The notes beneath the pieces were generated by a model. It worked only from the letters and a program-made list of their open reading frames with translations, made no database searches and was not told the DNA's origin. From positions 1-19,412 of the forward strand of contig JBHYGA010000011.1 of assembly GCA_051859245.1 (NCBI GenBank): 19,412 nt of DNA, given 5' to 3'. Below, in pieces: positions 1 through 9,479 of the stretch (position 1 is its first letter; each line of letters begins with the position of its first letter). The DNA comes from Gemmatimonadaceae bacterium (lineage in GTDB: Bacteria; Gemmatimonadota; Gemmatimonadetes; Gemmatimonadales; Gemmatimonadaceae). Both the position numbers and the translations under genes were made by a program.

Positions 1-72
1 CGAAAGGCCAAATGGCCGTGGGCTCCCGCTACTGGGCCGAATGACCGAATCAGAAACTGCAACTGCAACTGC
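1..72. repeat. Right arm of dispersed palindromic element (copy 1, truncated by window start), ending in (AACTGC)x3
   Basis: Reverse complement reads GCAGTT-GCAGTT-GCAGTTTCTGATTCGGTCATTCGGCCCAGTAGCGGGAGCCCACGGCCATTTGGCCTTTCG, matching the arms at 7251, 12242 and 19349. Confidence 0.9.
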
Positions 73-80
73 CCCTGAGA

Positions 81-782
81 CTACCTCCGCAACGCATCCG
101 GCGTCCACGTGAGCCCAACCGCGATCGCATCATCTCCGCCGTATTGATCCGCGCCGCTGAATAGCACTGATGTGCGCAGCGAGAGCCGTGGATTGATGTT
201 GAAACTCGCACCAATATCAAAGTTCAGCGACACATCCGACTGGCTGCGGCCACGCGAAGAACAACTCCCGCAAATATCAATCGACACACGCGGGTGTACG
301 AACGGCGTGATTGCCATGCCCTGATCCAACTCGAACGTGTGGCCGAGCGACACACCAACGGGCAAGCGCACACTCGACCGTCCGTCTGAAATCGACGCAC
401 CAAGTCCGGCCGTCAACAAAAAATCAATCGGCAGATCGCTGGTCGCGCGCATGAGGTCATATCCGAGCGTTCCCGCAAAAAACAACGCCACTTCGGAGCC
501 GCGCGCACTGGGATCATACAGGCCGGCATCCAAGCCGAAGTGCATCTGCGGCGAGATGCCCTCGCGCCACTGGAACATCATCATGGTTCCGCGGCTGCCG
601 ACCACCGCACCGGTATAATCGCGCTCGGAAACAGACGGGATCTGCAGCGCAGGATAATTCAGCGCCTGTGCACCGGCCGATTTTCCGCCAACGAGAAATA
701 CAGCGGCAAGCACCGCTGCACCGCGAACAAACGGACGCGCGATCGATGTTTGAAACCGTGCCGCGAACAATGAAGACACCAT
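81..782 (-). CDS. Hypothetical exported protein, probable outer-membrane beta-barrel
   Basis: ORF 81..881, start moved to ATG at 782. Signal-peptide-like segment (AAVLAAVFLVGG..AGA-Q) and alternating beta-strand patterns (LNFDIGASFNI, AVGLTW). Start and fold are inferred. Confidence 0.7.
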   Translation of the reverse strand: MVSSLFAARFQTSIARPFVRGAAVLAAVFLVGGKSAGAQALNYPALQIPSVSERDYTGAVVGSRGTMMMFQWREGISPQMHFGLDAGLYDPSARGSEVALFFAGTLGYDLMRATSDLPIDFLLTAGLGASISDGRSSVRLPVGVSLGHTFELDQGMAITPFVHPRVSIDICGSCSSRGRSQSDVSLNFDIGASFNINPRLSLRTSVLFSGADQYGGDDAIAVGLTWTPDALRR

Positions 783-1607
783 GTGACGCTCCGGGGAGTG
801 ACAAAAAACGCGCGAGGAACGCGCGACTACTGACTGGTTATGTGCACTGGCTAGTACGTACCAATGATTGGACGGTTCCACTCGCGCAAAGGGTTGCGCC
901 TACTTCGGGACCAGAGGCGAATCGGCCTGAAGCATCGCGCGTTGCGAAGTGCGTACGCTCTTCACTTCGTACGAGGAGGCAGCGGTTGTGGTTATTTAGC
1001 GAACGGATCTGTACCTCCGACATCCCTAATCCCCGAATCCCGCGACCTTTTGGGTAACGCGTTCTCTCGGCGGCAAAAAGTGGCGTTAGAGGTTTTCGAG
1101 AGTACCTTAGCGGAACGAGAGATGAGAATCGCGACCACTGGCCGCTGCCAAGAGAATCCTTTCAGAGATTGACCAGAGCTCCCTTCGCTCTCTTGCCTTC
1201 ATGAGATTAGAGATATTTGGCAACCCGCACCGCTGACCTGTGATCATAAATCGCGGAACTGAAAACTGAAGCATCAACAGTACCACCAGCCTTGCGAGTC
1301 CCTCCGTCCCAGAAATTCCCCGCTGCGGGCTAAATGACCGTCCCGCCGTGCTTCAGGGGCTCGGAAGTGGCTTGCGCGCTCGTGGAGCGAGCGAAAGTCA
1401 GCGGCTATTGGATCGCCAGTGAACCTCCTGCACCTGTGGCGCCGCGACCGTGTAAAGCTACGAGCGCGCTTGCGAGGGTTTGACGCAAGACGTACGTTCG
1501 CGATCCGAAGTCGTGGTACTCACCACTATTCGCCCTGCCAAGTCAATCCGACTCATCGAAAACGCAGGGACGAGCTCGACTCTCTCGCTCACTCGTCCGC
1601 CACCCAC

Positions 1608-2165
1608 ACGTCCACGTCCAAGTCGCGCTCTGTTGGGTCTCTAGCGCTGGCGCTCCTCTCATGCTGTGCGCTCCTGATGTCGGCTATTGCTTGTGGCGGC
1701 GAGCGTCGCGACTACCGCGGCGACCCCGAGGGAATAACCGGACCCAGGCTGGACGTCGACACAGCATGGTGCTACACAACACCGTCGAAGTGCCTCGCCA
1801 TTTACAGGGGTATCCTCCACCTGCAGAGTCATTCGAATCCGGATTGCGTAGACTTGGGCGATAGAGCCTACGGGAGATTCTACGGCGACGCGGGCAACTT
1901 TCAAGACCACACCGCTCCGACTGGCCAGACCTATCAAATGGGCGTTGTGATGAACTACACGGGCGGAGGCTGGTCGGGCCATGAGCCAGCCAACGGCGAT
2001 ATCTTGGTCTCACAACACTTCAACTCGAGCAATCCCGATGGCGCGATTGGAGGGTTGATTGCGCATGAGGAGATGCATCACCAGGGATACCGGCATACCT
2101 ACACTACGGGGAGTATCAACCACGATTTAGAAATTTATGAGAAACAATCTGCGTGCACCGTCTAG
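1608..2165 (+). CDS. Putative lipoprotein zinc metallopeptidase (HEXXHXXGXXH); start uncertain, possibly a pseudogene
   Basis: Within ORF 1419..2165: basic n-region, hydrophobic stretch and AIA-C lipobox-like motif. HEEMHHQGYRH at 2064-2096. No ATG before the signal peptide (ACG at 1608, next ATG at 1677). Confidence 0.6.
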   Translation, partial: TSTSKSRSVGSLALALLSCCALLMSAIACGGERRDYRGDPEGITGPRLDVDTAWCYTTPSKCLAIYRGILHLQSHSNPDCVDLGDRAYGRFYGDAGNFQDHTAPTGQTYQMGVVMNYTGGGWSGHEPANGDILVSQHFNSSNPDGAIGGLIAHEEMHHQGYRHTYTTGSINHDLEIYEKQSACTV

Positions 2166-2188
2166 TGCCCATTCCGACCCATCGTGCC

Positions 2189-2764
2189 ATGAAAGCCTAT
2201 ACAGTAGCCATTCGTTCGTTCCTTTTCGTCGTCTTTCTGATTCTGCCAGCTGCGGCGGACGCTCAGCAAGGCGCGGCAGACACGCCAGAAGGAAGGAAGC
2301 GTGCGATTGGCTCGGTGACGGACTCGATCTTGCGGTTGATGTCTACGCGTTTCTCCTTTGTGGAGGCGACCGTCCTGCTCATTGAGCACCCAGCGTTGGC
2401 CGAAGCGGTTGGGGCGCCGACCGACTTGGAGTGGTTGCCGCGCGGCGTTCGATCTGTAAACAGCGCTGAGCATCTCGGTTCGCTAAATCTTTGGGTGCAG
2501 TGCTGGCTTCATCGGCGGCAGGCCAAGTTGCAATGCCCTGAAACGCGAAGCGCACTGCTAACACGACCCAGTCTTAAGCGGCTCGCGAACGGAGATTATT
2601 CGTTTTCAGGGTTTCTTTGGCTGCCTTATCCTGCGGAAGTGCTGAGCGGCGCGAAACCCGCTAACGACTTTCGAGAGTCGCCATTCTCGGCTGTTACCGC
2701 TCTCGTGCGCTACAAGGACGGCGCCTGGACGATTGTCGGGTTTGATGTGATCGCTTCTGGTTAG
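2189..2764 (+). CDS. Hypothetical secreted protein (191 aa)
   Basis: ATG at 2189 gives MKAYTVAIRSFLFVVFLILPAAADA, a typical Sec signal peptide with an A-D-A cleavage site. Starts 23 nt after the upstream stop. Confidence 0.65.
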   Translation: MKAYTVAIRSFLFVVFLILPAAADAQQGAADTPEGRKRAIGSVTDSILRLMSTRFSFVEATVLLIEHPALAEAVGAPTDLEWLPRGVRSVNSAEHLGSLNLWVQCWLHRRQAKLQCPETRSALLTRPSLKRLANGDYSFSGFLWLPYPAEVLSGAKPANDFRESPFSAVTALVRYKDGAWTIVGFDVIASG

Positions 2765-2844
2765 AATTCGCGCGCGAGTTGCGCTGCGCATCTCGTGATG
2801 CGCCCGCAAAGCGGCATGAGCTCGGCCCCACAACCGACGGATGC

Positions 2845-2883
2845 GAATCGGGCCGGGCAGCAATCGCTGCTCCGGCCCGATTC
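2845..2883. terminator. Strong hairpin between convergent genes, just 3' of atpC
   Basis: GAATCGGGCCGG-GCAGC aatc GCTGC-t-CCGGCCCGATTC, a 17-bp stem with one bulge. No clear U-tract on the minus strand. Confidence 0.55.
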
Positions 2884-2886
2884 ACT

Positions 2887-3150
2887 TTACTCGGCGGCGG
2901 TCGCCGCTTCGGTGACCACTCGCACCGTATCGTCGACCACTTGCAGAAACCCGCCGGACACATTGAACCGGCGCATGCCCTGCCCCGATTCAACCTTGAG
3001 CGTGCCGGTGCCGAGCAGCGTCATCATGGGCGCGTGCATCGGCAGTATTCCGACCTCGCCGTCGAACGCCGGCGCCGTCACCGACGACGCCGAACCTTCG
3101 TACAACACCTGCTCCGGCGAAATCACGGAGACCTGCAAGGTGCCAGCCAT
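2887..3150 (-). CDS. atpC: ATP synthase F1 epsilon subunit (short form, 87 aa)
   Basis: LQVSVISPE..., GEVGILPMHAP, VSGGFLQV motifs; directly downstream of atpD. Confidence 0.95.
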   Translation of the reverse strand: MAGTLQVSVISPEQVLYEGSASSVTAPAFDGEVGILPMHAPMMTLLGTGTLKVESGQGMRRFNVSGGFLQVVDDTVRVVTEAATAAE

Positions 3151-3156
3151 GGCGCC

Positions 3157-4641
<1,485 letters not shown>

Positions 4642-5502
4642 TTACTCGAGCGCCGCGGCGCCGCCGACGATCTCGGCGATTTCCTGCGTGATCTGCGCCT
4701 GACGCGCGGAGTTGTAAGTGCGACGCAGCAACGTGATCATGTCGCTCGCATTGTCGGTCGCATTCTTCATGGCTGTGCGGCGCGCACTCTGCTCGCCGGC
4801 CACAGTTTCCACCAGTGCGCGATACACCAGATTGCGCACGTACGCGGGCAACAGCGCTTCCACCAACACTTCGGCGCTCGGCGCCAGCAGGAAGTCGCGC
4901 GGTGCGCCTTGTGTCGCCGGCGGGACAACCGGCACCACCTGATCGGTTGTGGGCGGCGTGGACAACGCCGACTGGAACTTCGCATACGTCACGTACACGC
5001 CGTCCAGATCACCCTTGGCAAAACGATCGGTCAATCCGTCAATCAACGATGCCGCATCAACTGCCGTTGGACGATCGGTAATGTCGATGCGCTCGCTGTT
5101 GATCGCGCGGCCGAGGTACTTGAAAAACGCAATGCCCTTCTTGCCCACAATGTGCAGCTCAACGGTCGTGCCCTGCTTCTCGAACTCGGCGATCCGCTGA
5201 CGCGCTTCGCGAATGAGATTGGTGTTGAACGCACCGCACAGTCCACGATTCGCCGTGAGCAACACCAGCGCCACCTTGCGCTTGCTCGCCGGCTGACGCA
5301 GCAGCGGAAACTGCTCGGCAATATCCGGTCGTACGAGACGTGACAGCACATCGGCCAGCGCCAACGCGTACGGACGCGCTGCCGCGACCCGATCGGTCGC
5401 ACGTTTCATTTTGCTGGCCGCGACCATCTCCATCGTGCGCGTAATCTTGCGCGTGTTCTCGACGGATTTGATGCGACCTTTGAGTTCGCGTCCTTTAGCC
5501 AT
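4642..5502 (-). CDS. atpG: ATP synthase F1 gamma subunit
   Basis: RIKSVENTRKITRTMEMVAASK, RGLCGAFN and ARQAQITQEIAEIVGGAAAL motifs. Confidence 0.99.
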   Translation of the reverse strand: MAKGRELKGRIKSVENTRKITRTMEMVAASKMKRATDRVAAARPYALALADVLSRLVRPDIAEQFPLLRQPASKRKVALVLLTANRGLCGAFNTNLIREARQRIAEFEKQGTTVELHIVGKKGIAFFKYLGRAINSERIDITDRPTAVDAASLIDGLTDRFAKGDLDGVYVTYAKFQSALSTPPTTDQVVPVVPPATQGAPRDFLLAPSAEVLVEALLPAYVRNLVYRALVETVAGEQSARRTAMKNATDNASDMITLLRRTYNSARQAQITQEIAEIVGGAAALE

Positions 5503-5529
5503 GATTCTCGCGTGGTATCGGCGCGCCGA

Positions 5530-7098
5530 TTACTTGAACTGCGCGTTGAACGCTTCGAGACCGCGCTTGAGATCGGCTTCGGTTTCCTTTGACAGTGCCT
5601 TGCTCGTGCGGATCGTATCACCAACCTGCGGATACTTGGCGCGCATGAACTCGTGGAAACCCTGCTCCCACTCGCGCACCTTGGCCACGGCAATCGCGTC
5701 CACAAAGCCGTTTGTCACCGCGTAGATCGACATGACCTGCGCTTCGACTGAATACGGCGCGTACTGACCCTGCTTGAGGATTTCAACCGTGCGCGCACCA
5801 CGCTCCAGCTGACGCTTGGTGGCAGCGTCAAGATCTGACGCGAACGCGGAGAACGCTTCGAGTTCGCGGAACTGCGCGAGGTCAAGACGCAAACGGCCGG
5901 CAACGGACTTCATGGCCTTGGTCTGCGCGGAACCACCCACGCGCGACACGGAGATGCCAACGTTCACGGCCGGACGCACACCGGCGTTGAACAAGTCGGT
6001 TTCCAGGAAGATCTGACCGTCGGTGATGGAAATAACGTTCGTCGGGATGTACGCCGACACGTCACCGGCCTGCGTTTCAATGATCGGCAGCGCGGTGAGT
6101 GAACCACCGGGCTTGAGGATCGTCTTGCCGTCCACTACGCCCTCGTCTTCGCGCAGCTTGGCCGCGCGCTCGAGCAAACGTGAGTGGAGATAGAACACGT
6201 CACCCGGATACGCTTCGCGGCCCGGCGGACGACGCAACACGAGCGACAGCTGACGATACGCGGCGGCCTGCTTGGACAAGTCGTCGTACACGCACAACGT
6301 GGGCTTGCCTTCGTTGTACATGAAGAACTCGGCCATCGCGCAACCTGAGTACGGCGCGATGTACAACATCGGCGCCGGATCGGACGCGCTGGCGGCCACC
6401 ACGATGGTGTACTCCATCGCGCCCGCTTCTTTCAAACGATCAACAACGCCGGCAATCGTGGACGCCTTCTGACCAATGGCGACGTACACACAAATCACGC
6501 CCTGGCCTTTCTGGTTGATGATCGTGTCGATCGCGATCGCGGTCTTACCCGTGCTGCGGTCACCGATGATGAGTTCGCGCTGACCGCGACCAATCGGGAT
6601 CATGGAGTCGATGGCCTTGATACCGGTCTGCATCGGCTCTTTCACGGGCTGACGCACGATGATACCGGGCGCCGGCGATTCCACTTTGCGCGTGGACGTG
6701 GCGTTGATGTCGCCAAGTCCGTCAATCGGACGACCAAGCGGATCAACAACGCGCCCGATCAGTTCGGGACCGACCGGCACTTCAAGTACGCGGCCAGTGC
6801 GACGCGCTTCGTCGCCTTCTTTGAGCTTGAGATAGTCGCCAAGAATAACGGCGCCAATGTTGTCTTCTTCGAGATTGAGTGCGAGACCGGTAATCGACTG
6901 ACCGGTTTCGCTTGACGTGATCTCAAGCATTTCACCGGCCATGACTTTGCCGAGGCCGTAAATGCGCGCGATACCGTCCTTCACCTCGAGCACGGTACCG
7001 ACTTCGTCGATGTCGAGTTCGTGCAGGTCGGCGGCTTCGATTTCACGAAGCAGAATGTCCTTGATTTCGCCGGGACGAAGTGCGGTCTGGGTAGCCAT
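5530..7098 (-). CDS. atpA: ATP synthase F1 alpha subunit
   Basis: GDRSTGKT Walker [27 protein letters not shown] and [10 protein letters not shown] motifs. Start set at ATG 7098 ([12 protein letters not shown]). Confidence 0.99.
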   Translation of the reverse strand: MATQTALRPGEIKDILLREIEAADLHELDIDEVGTVLEVKDGIARIYGLGKVMAGEMLEITSSETGQSITGLALNLEEDNIGAVILGDYLKLKEGDEARRTGRVLEVPVGPELIGRVVDPLGRPIDGLGDINATSTRKVESPAPGIIVRQPVKEPMQTGIKAIDSMIPIGRGQRELIIGDRSTGKTAIAIDTIINQKGQGVICVYVAIGQKASTIAGVVDRLKEAGAMEYTIVVAASASDPAPMLYIAPYSGCAMAEFFMYNEGKPTLCVYDDLSKQAAAYRQLSLVLRRPPGREAYPGDVFYLHSRLLERAAKLREDEGVVDGKTILKPGGSLTALPIIETQAGDVSAYIPTNVISITDGQIFLETDLFNAGVRPAVNVGISVSRVGGSAQTKAMKSVAGRLRLDLAQFRELEAFSAFASDLDAATKRQLERGARTVEILKQGQYAPYSVEAQVMSIYAVTNGFVDAIAVAKVREWEQGFHEFMRAKYPQVGDTIRTSKALSKETEADLKRGLEAFNAQFK

Positions 7099-7188
7099 GG
7101 AATCGGGCGGAAAGTGACTCAGGAAATAGGATCGGCGGCGCACGCTGCGCGGTGCCTGCGCAAAGCTAGCGCGCCGTTTGTGGTATAG

Positions 7189-7208
7189 CTTGTGAAAAAT
7201 ATCACAAG
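7189..7208. promoter_or_regulatory. Palindromic operator CTTGTGA-AAAATA-TCACAAG (Rex-like / CRP-like) upstream of atpA
   Basis: Exact TGTGA-N6-TCACA; one mismatch from the Rex consensus TTGTGAA-N4-TTCACAA. AT-rich stretch in GC-rich DNA, ~90 nt upstream of the atpA start. Confidence 0.7.
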
Positions 7209-7248
7209 AGCCTATTGGGGGGCAAGGAGGAGGGGTTTCTGGGGTGTT

Positions 7249-7485
7249 TTGCAGTTCCTGATTCGGTCATTCGGCCCAGTAGACGGAGCCCAAGGCCATT
7301 CGGCCTTTCGGCCTCGCATTTTCGGAAGGTTGCACAGGGCACCGATGCCGGGCGGTTTCTGGGCCGCAACGAACTGCCGGGATTGTCGCTCTGTGCGGCG
7401 TTTCGAAACGGTGAGGCCGAAAGGCCGAATGGCCGTGGGCTCACGCCACTCGGCCGAATGACCGAATCATTTGAACTGCAACTGC
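7249..7485. repeat. Complete palindromic element (copy 2): ~90-nt inverted arms, 47-nt centre, (AACTGC)x2 tail
   Basis: Left arm 7251-7340 pairs imperfectly with right arm 7388-7479. Ends 4 nt from the AraC stop codon. Confidence 0.95.
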
Positions 7486-7489
7486 CCTG

Positions 7490-8311
7490 CTAGTCCTCGG
7501 CGTCGGGGTTCTCCGCCTGGGTCTGGGCAAACCGCTCCAGCAAATCCACGGTCCTCAACCGACTGAGACTGCTCGCCTTGGCGCCCACCAGCCGCTGCGT
7601 CGTCCCTGACAAATGCGACGAACTGGCAAACCCAAGCACCTCTGCCACATCCCGCACATCGAACCCCGGATTCTTAGCCAACTCAGCGGCCGCCAGCACG
7701 CGCACCAGATCGATCACCCGCTTGAGCGTTGGTGCGGTGCCATTGGCAAAGCTCCGTGACAAGTGCTCACGCGATACCCCGTGTTCTTTCGCCAACTGAT
7801 CTGTCCGCACCGGCCGGCCAGCTCGTCGCACCAGGCTGCGCCACACATTGAGCTGCAGCGACGTGCGCAAGCCGAGCGCTTCGGGAGGATCGGTCAGCGC
7901 AGCGTCAAAGCGCTGACTGAAACCGCGCTGATGTACGAGCAGGCGAGCCGCAACGTCGTCAATGCCTTCAACCAGTACTTCGGCTGCACCACATTCCACC
8001 GCGCGGCCAACGAGCGGCGCATCGGTGGGCAACAGTGGTGTGACAAAAAAGAATGGGGCCGACGGAAAATCTTCTGCGAGCTGCAGCACCCGCCCCACTT
8101 CTTCGCCAAAACCACCGTCGAGTACCACCGCATCGATGAGATGATGCGTGAGTGCGTCGAGGAGTTCATCGCGCGTTTTCACCGGCAACAAGTGCGCACG
8201 GCGGCGCGGAAACGCCGTGCGCACCAGAGCGCGCGCACGTTCGCGCTTGAGCATGGTGCACACGACCGGCACACCAGTTCCGGCCGGATCAACAGGTGCG
8301 CGCACCGTCAT
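7490..8311 (-). CDS. AraC-family transcriptional regulator with receiver-like N-terminal domain
   Basis: Double HTH (TDQLAKEHGVSREHLSRSF; VRDVAEVLGFASSSHLS) and an N-terminal IDAVVLD receiver-like strand. Start moved to ATG 8311, just after the NUDIX stop. Confidence 0.85.
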   Translation of the reverse strand: MTVRAPVDPAGTGVPVVCTMLKRERARALVRTAFPRRRAHLLPVKTRDELLDALTHHLIDAVVLDGGFGEEVGRVLQLAEDFPSAPFFFVTPLLPTDAPLVGRAVECGAAEVLVEGIDDVAARLLVHQRGFSQRFDAALTDPPEALGLRTSLQLNVWRSLVRRAGRPVRTDQLAKEHGVSREHLSRSFANGTAPTLKRVIDLVRVLAAAELAKNPGFDVRDVAEVLGFASSSHLSGTTQRLVGAKASSLSRLRTVDLLERFAQTQAENPDAED

Positions 8312-8315
8312 TGCG

Positions 8316-9479
8316 CTAGTTGCTCGCCGATGATGGTGTGGCGTCAGACAGCGGCCCGCGATCGAGTACCATCGCATTCGCACGTGTGAGCACGGAGCGC
8401 GCGTTTGCGTACGAGATCAAGCGTGTTGCCTCGTCAAAGCGCGCCCAGCGACAGGCGGTAATGCCCTCTTCGCGCTGCGGTATCGTACGCGCGTGCTCGG
8501 TGCGCATGAGAAAGAAGTGACACACTTTGTGCACGAGCTTGCCGCGAAAACGAAAAAACCAATCAATCGTTTCGATTTCGCCGTCGAGCTTCAAGTGCGC
8601 AATGCCGGTCTCTTCCTGCACTTCACGCACCGCTGCTTCGGCCGGCATTTCGCCCGCTTCCAGGTGACCTTTGGGAAATCCCCAGTTGCGATAGCTGTCG
8701 CGAATGAGCAGAAACAGCGCTTCCCCGTCGTGCACGCGATACACAATGCCGCCGGCAGACGTTTCGAGTTCGGCGCGCGCGCGTCGTGCGGCGACGGCCT
8801 CGGGCGAATCAGACGCGGGTGTCACGGGCGTCGCTGCCACGCGCGCGTTCGATGCTGCGGACGCGATCACGCCCGCATTCGGCTCGGTAATCGCGCCGGC
8901 TTTTGCACCGCGATTGCCCTTTGCGCTCCGATGACGTTTGCGCTTGCGCTTCGCCCCGCCGTTGCGATTCGCGTTAACGCTCGTGCTTGCGTCGGCGTTT
9001 GCGTTCGTGTTCGCGTTCGTGTTCGTGTTCGCGTTCGTGTTCGCGTTCGTGTTCGCGTTCGTGTTCGCGCTTGCGTTCGCGCTCGTGTTCGCGCTTGCGT
9101 TCGCGTTTTCAGGTGCGTTTGACGTCTCGCCATGCAACGCGTCGCCGCTCGCCACGGCATTCCGGTTGGCCGGCTTCCGGCGCGAGCGACGCTTGCGCCG
9201 AGCGTTGCGCTTTGCGCCAGTGTCGGAGGTCGGGCCCGCGCTGCTTCCGAGCTTCGCCTCTGCGGCCAACACATTCGCCGACGTGTCGGCGCCCGCATGC
9301 TGCGCGCCGTCAGCAGATGCTGCCTTGCGACGACCGCGCCCGCGACGACGTCGACGACGGCGCGCGTCACCAGATCGCACGTCGCCAGACGGCGCAGCGC
9401 CAGAAGGCGAAGCGCCAGACGGCGCTGCGCTATCGGGCGGCACCGCGGTGCGCCGGTCGTCGTCGGACCGTGCTGTCAT
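8316..9479 (-). CDS. NUDIX hydrolase (Ap4A-hydrolase-like) with long Arg-rich, low-complexity N-terminal extension
   Basis: Nudix box GHLEAGEMPAEAAVREVQEETGI preceded by SAGGIVYR and WGFPKG. Start overlaps the upstream stop (ATGA, 9476-9479). Confidence 0.85.
   Translation of the reverse strand: MTARSDDDRRTAVPPDSAAPSGASPSGAAPSGDVRSGDARRRRRRRGRGRRKAASADGAQHAGADTSANVLAAEAKLGSSAGPTSDTGAKRNARRKRRSRRKPANRNAVASGDALHGETSNAPENANASANTSANASANTNANTNANTNANTNTNANTNANADASTSVNANRNGGAKRKRKRHRSAKGNRGAKAGAITEPNAGVIASAASNARVAATPVTPASDSPEAVAARRARAELETSAGGIVYRVHDGEALFLLIRDSYRNWGFPKGHLEAGEMPAEAAVREVQEETGIAHLKLDGEIETIDWFFRFRGKLVHKVCHFFLMRTEHARTIPQREEGITACRWARFDEATRLISYANARSVLTRANAMVLDRGPLSDATPSSASN
8995..9108. repeat. 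Coding hexamer tandem repeat, ~19 units of GYGTTC-like sequence, encoding NA/NT/SA dipeptides
   Basis: gcgttc gtgttc gcgttc gtgttc gtgttc gcgttc... read directly; in frame within the NUDIX ORF. Confidence 0.9.

Noticed and set aside
864..1172. 102-aa plus-strand ORF in the divergent intergenic region
   Set aside because: No motif, signal peptide or ribosome-binding site, and several equally weak ORFs overlap it.
7412..7429. TGAGGCCGAAAGGCCGAA matches stem II and flanks of the classic hammerhead ribozyme
   Set aside because: The catalytic core is missing: ACGGTGA replaces CUGANGA and GAAT replaces GAAA. The other arms also fail the consensus. The match arises from the 8-nt GGCC periodicity.
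7249..7485. Repeat as a CRISPR array or mini-array
   Set aside because: The arms are inverted, ~90 nt long and dispersed rather than direct repeats with regular spacers. There are no cas genes in the window.
7192..7493. Short ORFs through the repeat copies (7192..7461, 7202..7444, 7215..7493, 12234..12461, 12080..12457) with similar peptides
   Set aside because: The peptide similarity simply reflects the DNA repeat. Starts and frames differ between copies, and one ORF overlaps tRNA-Pro.
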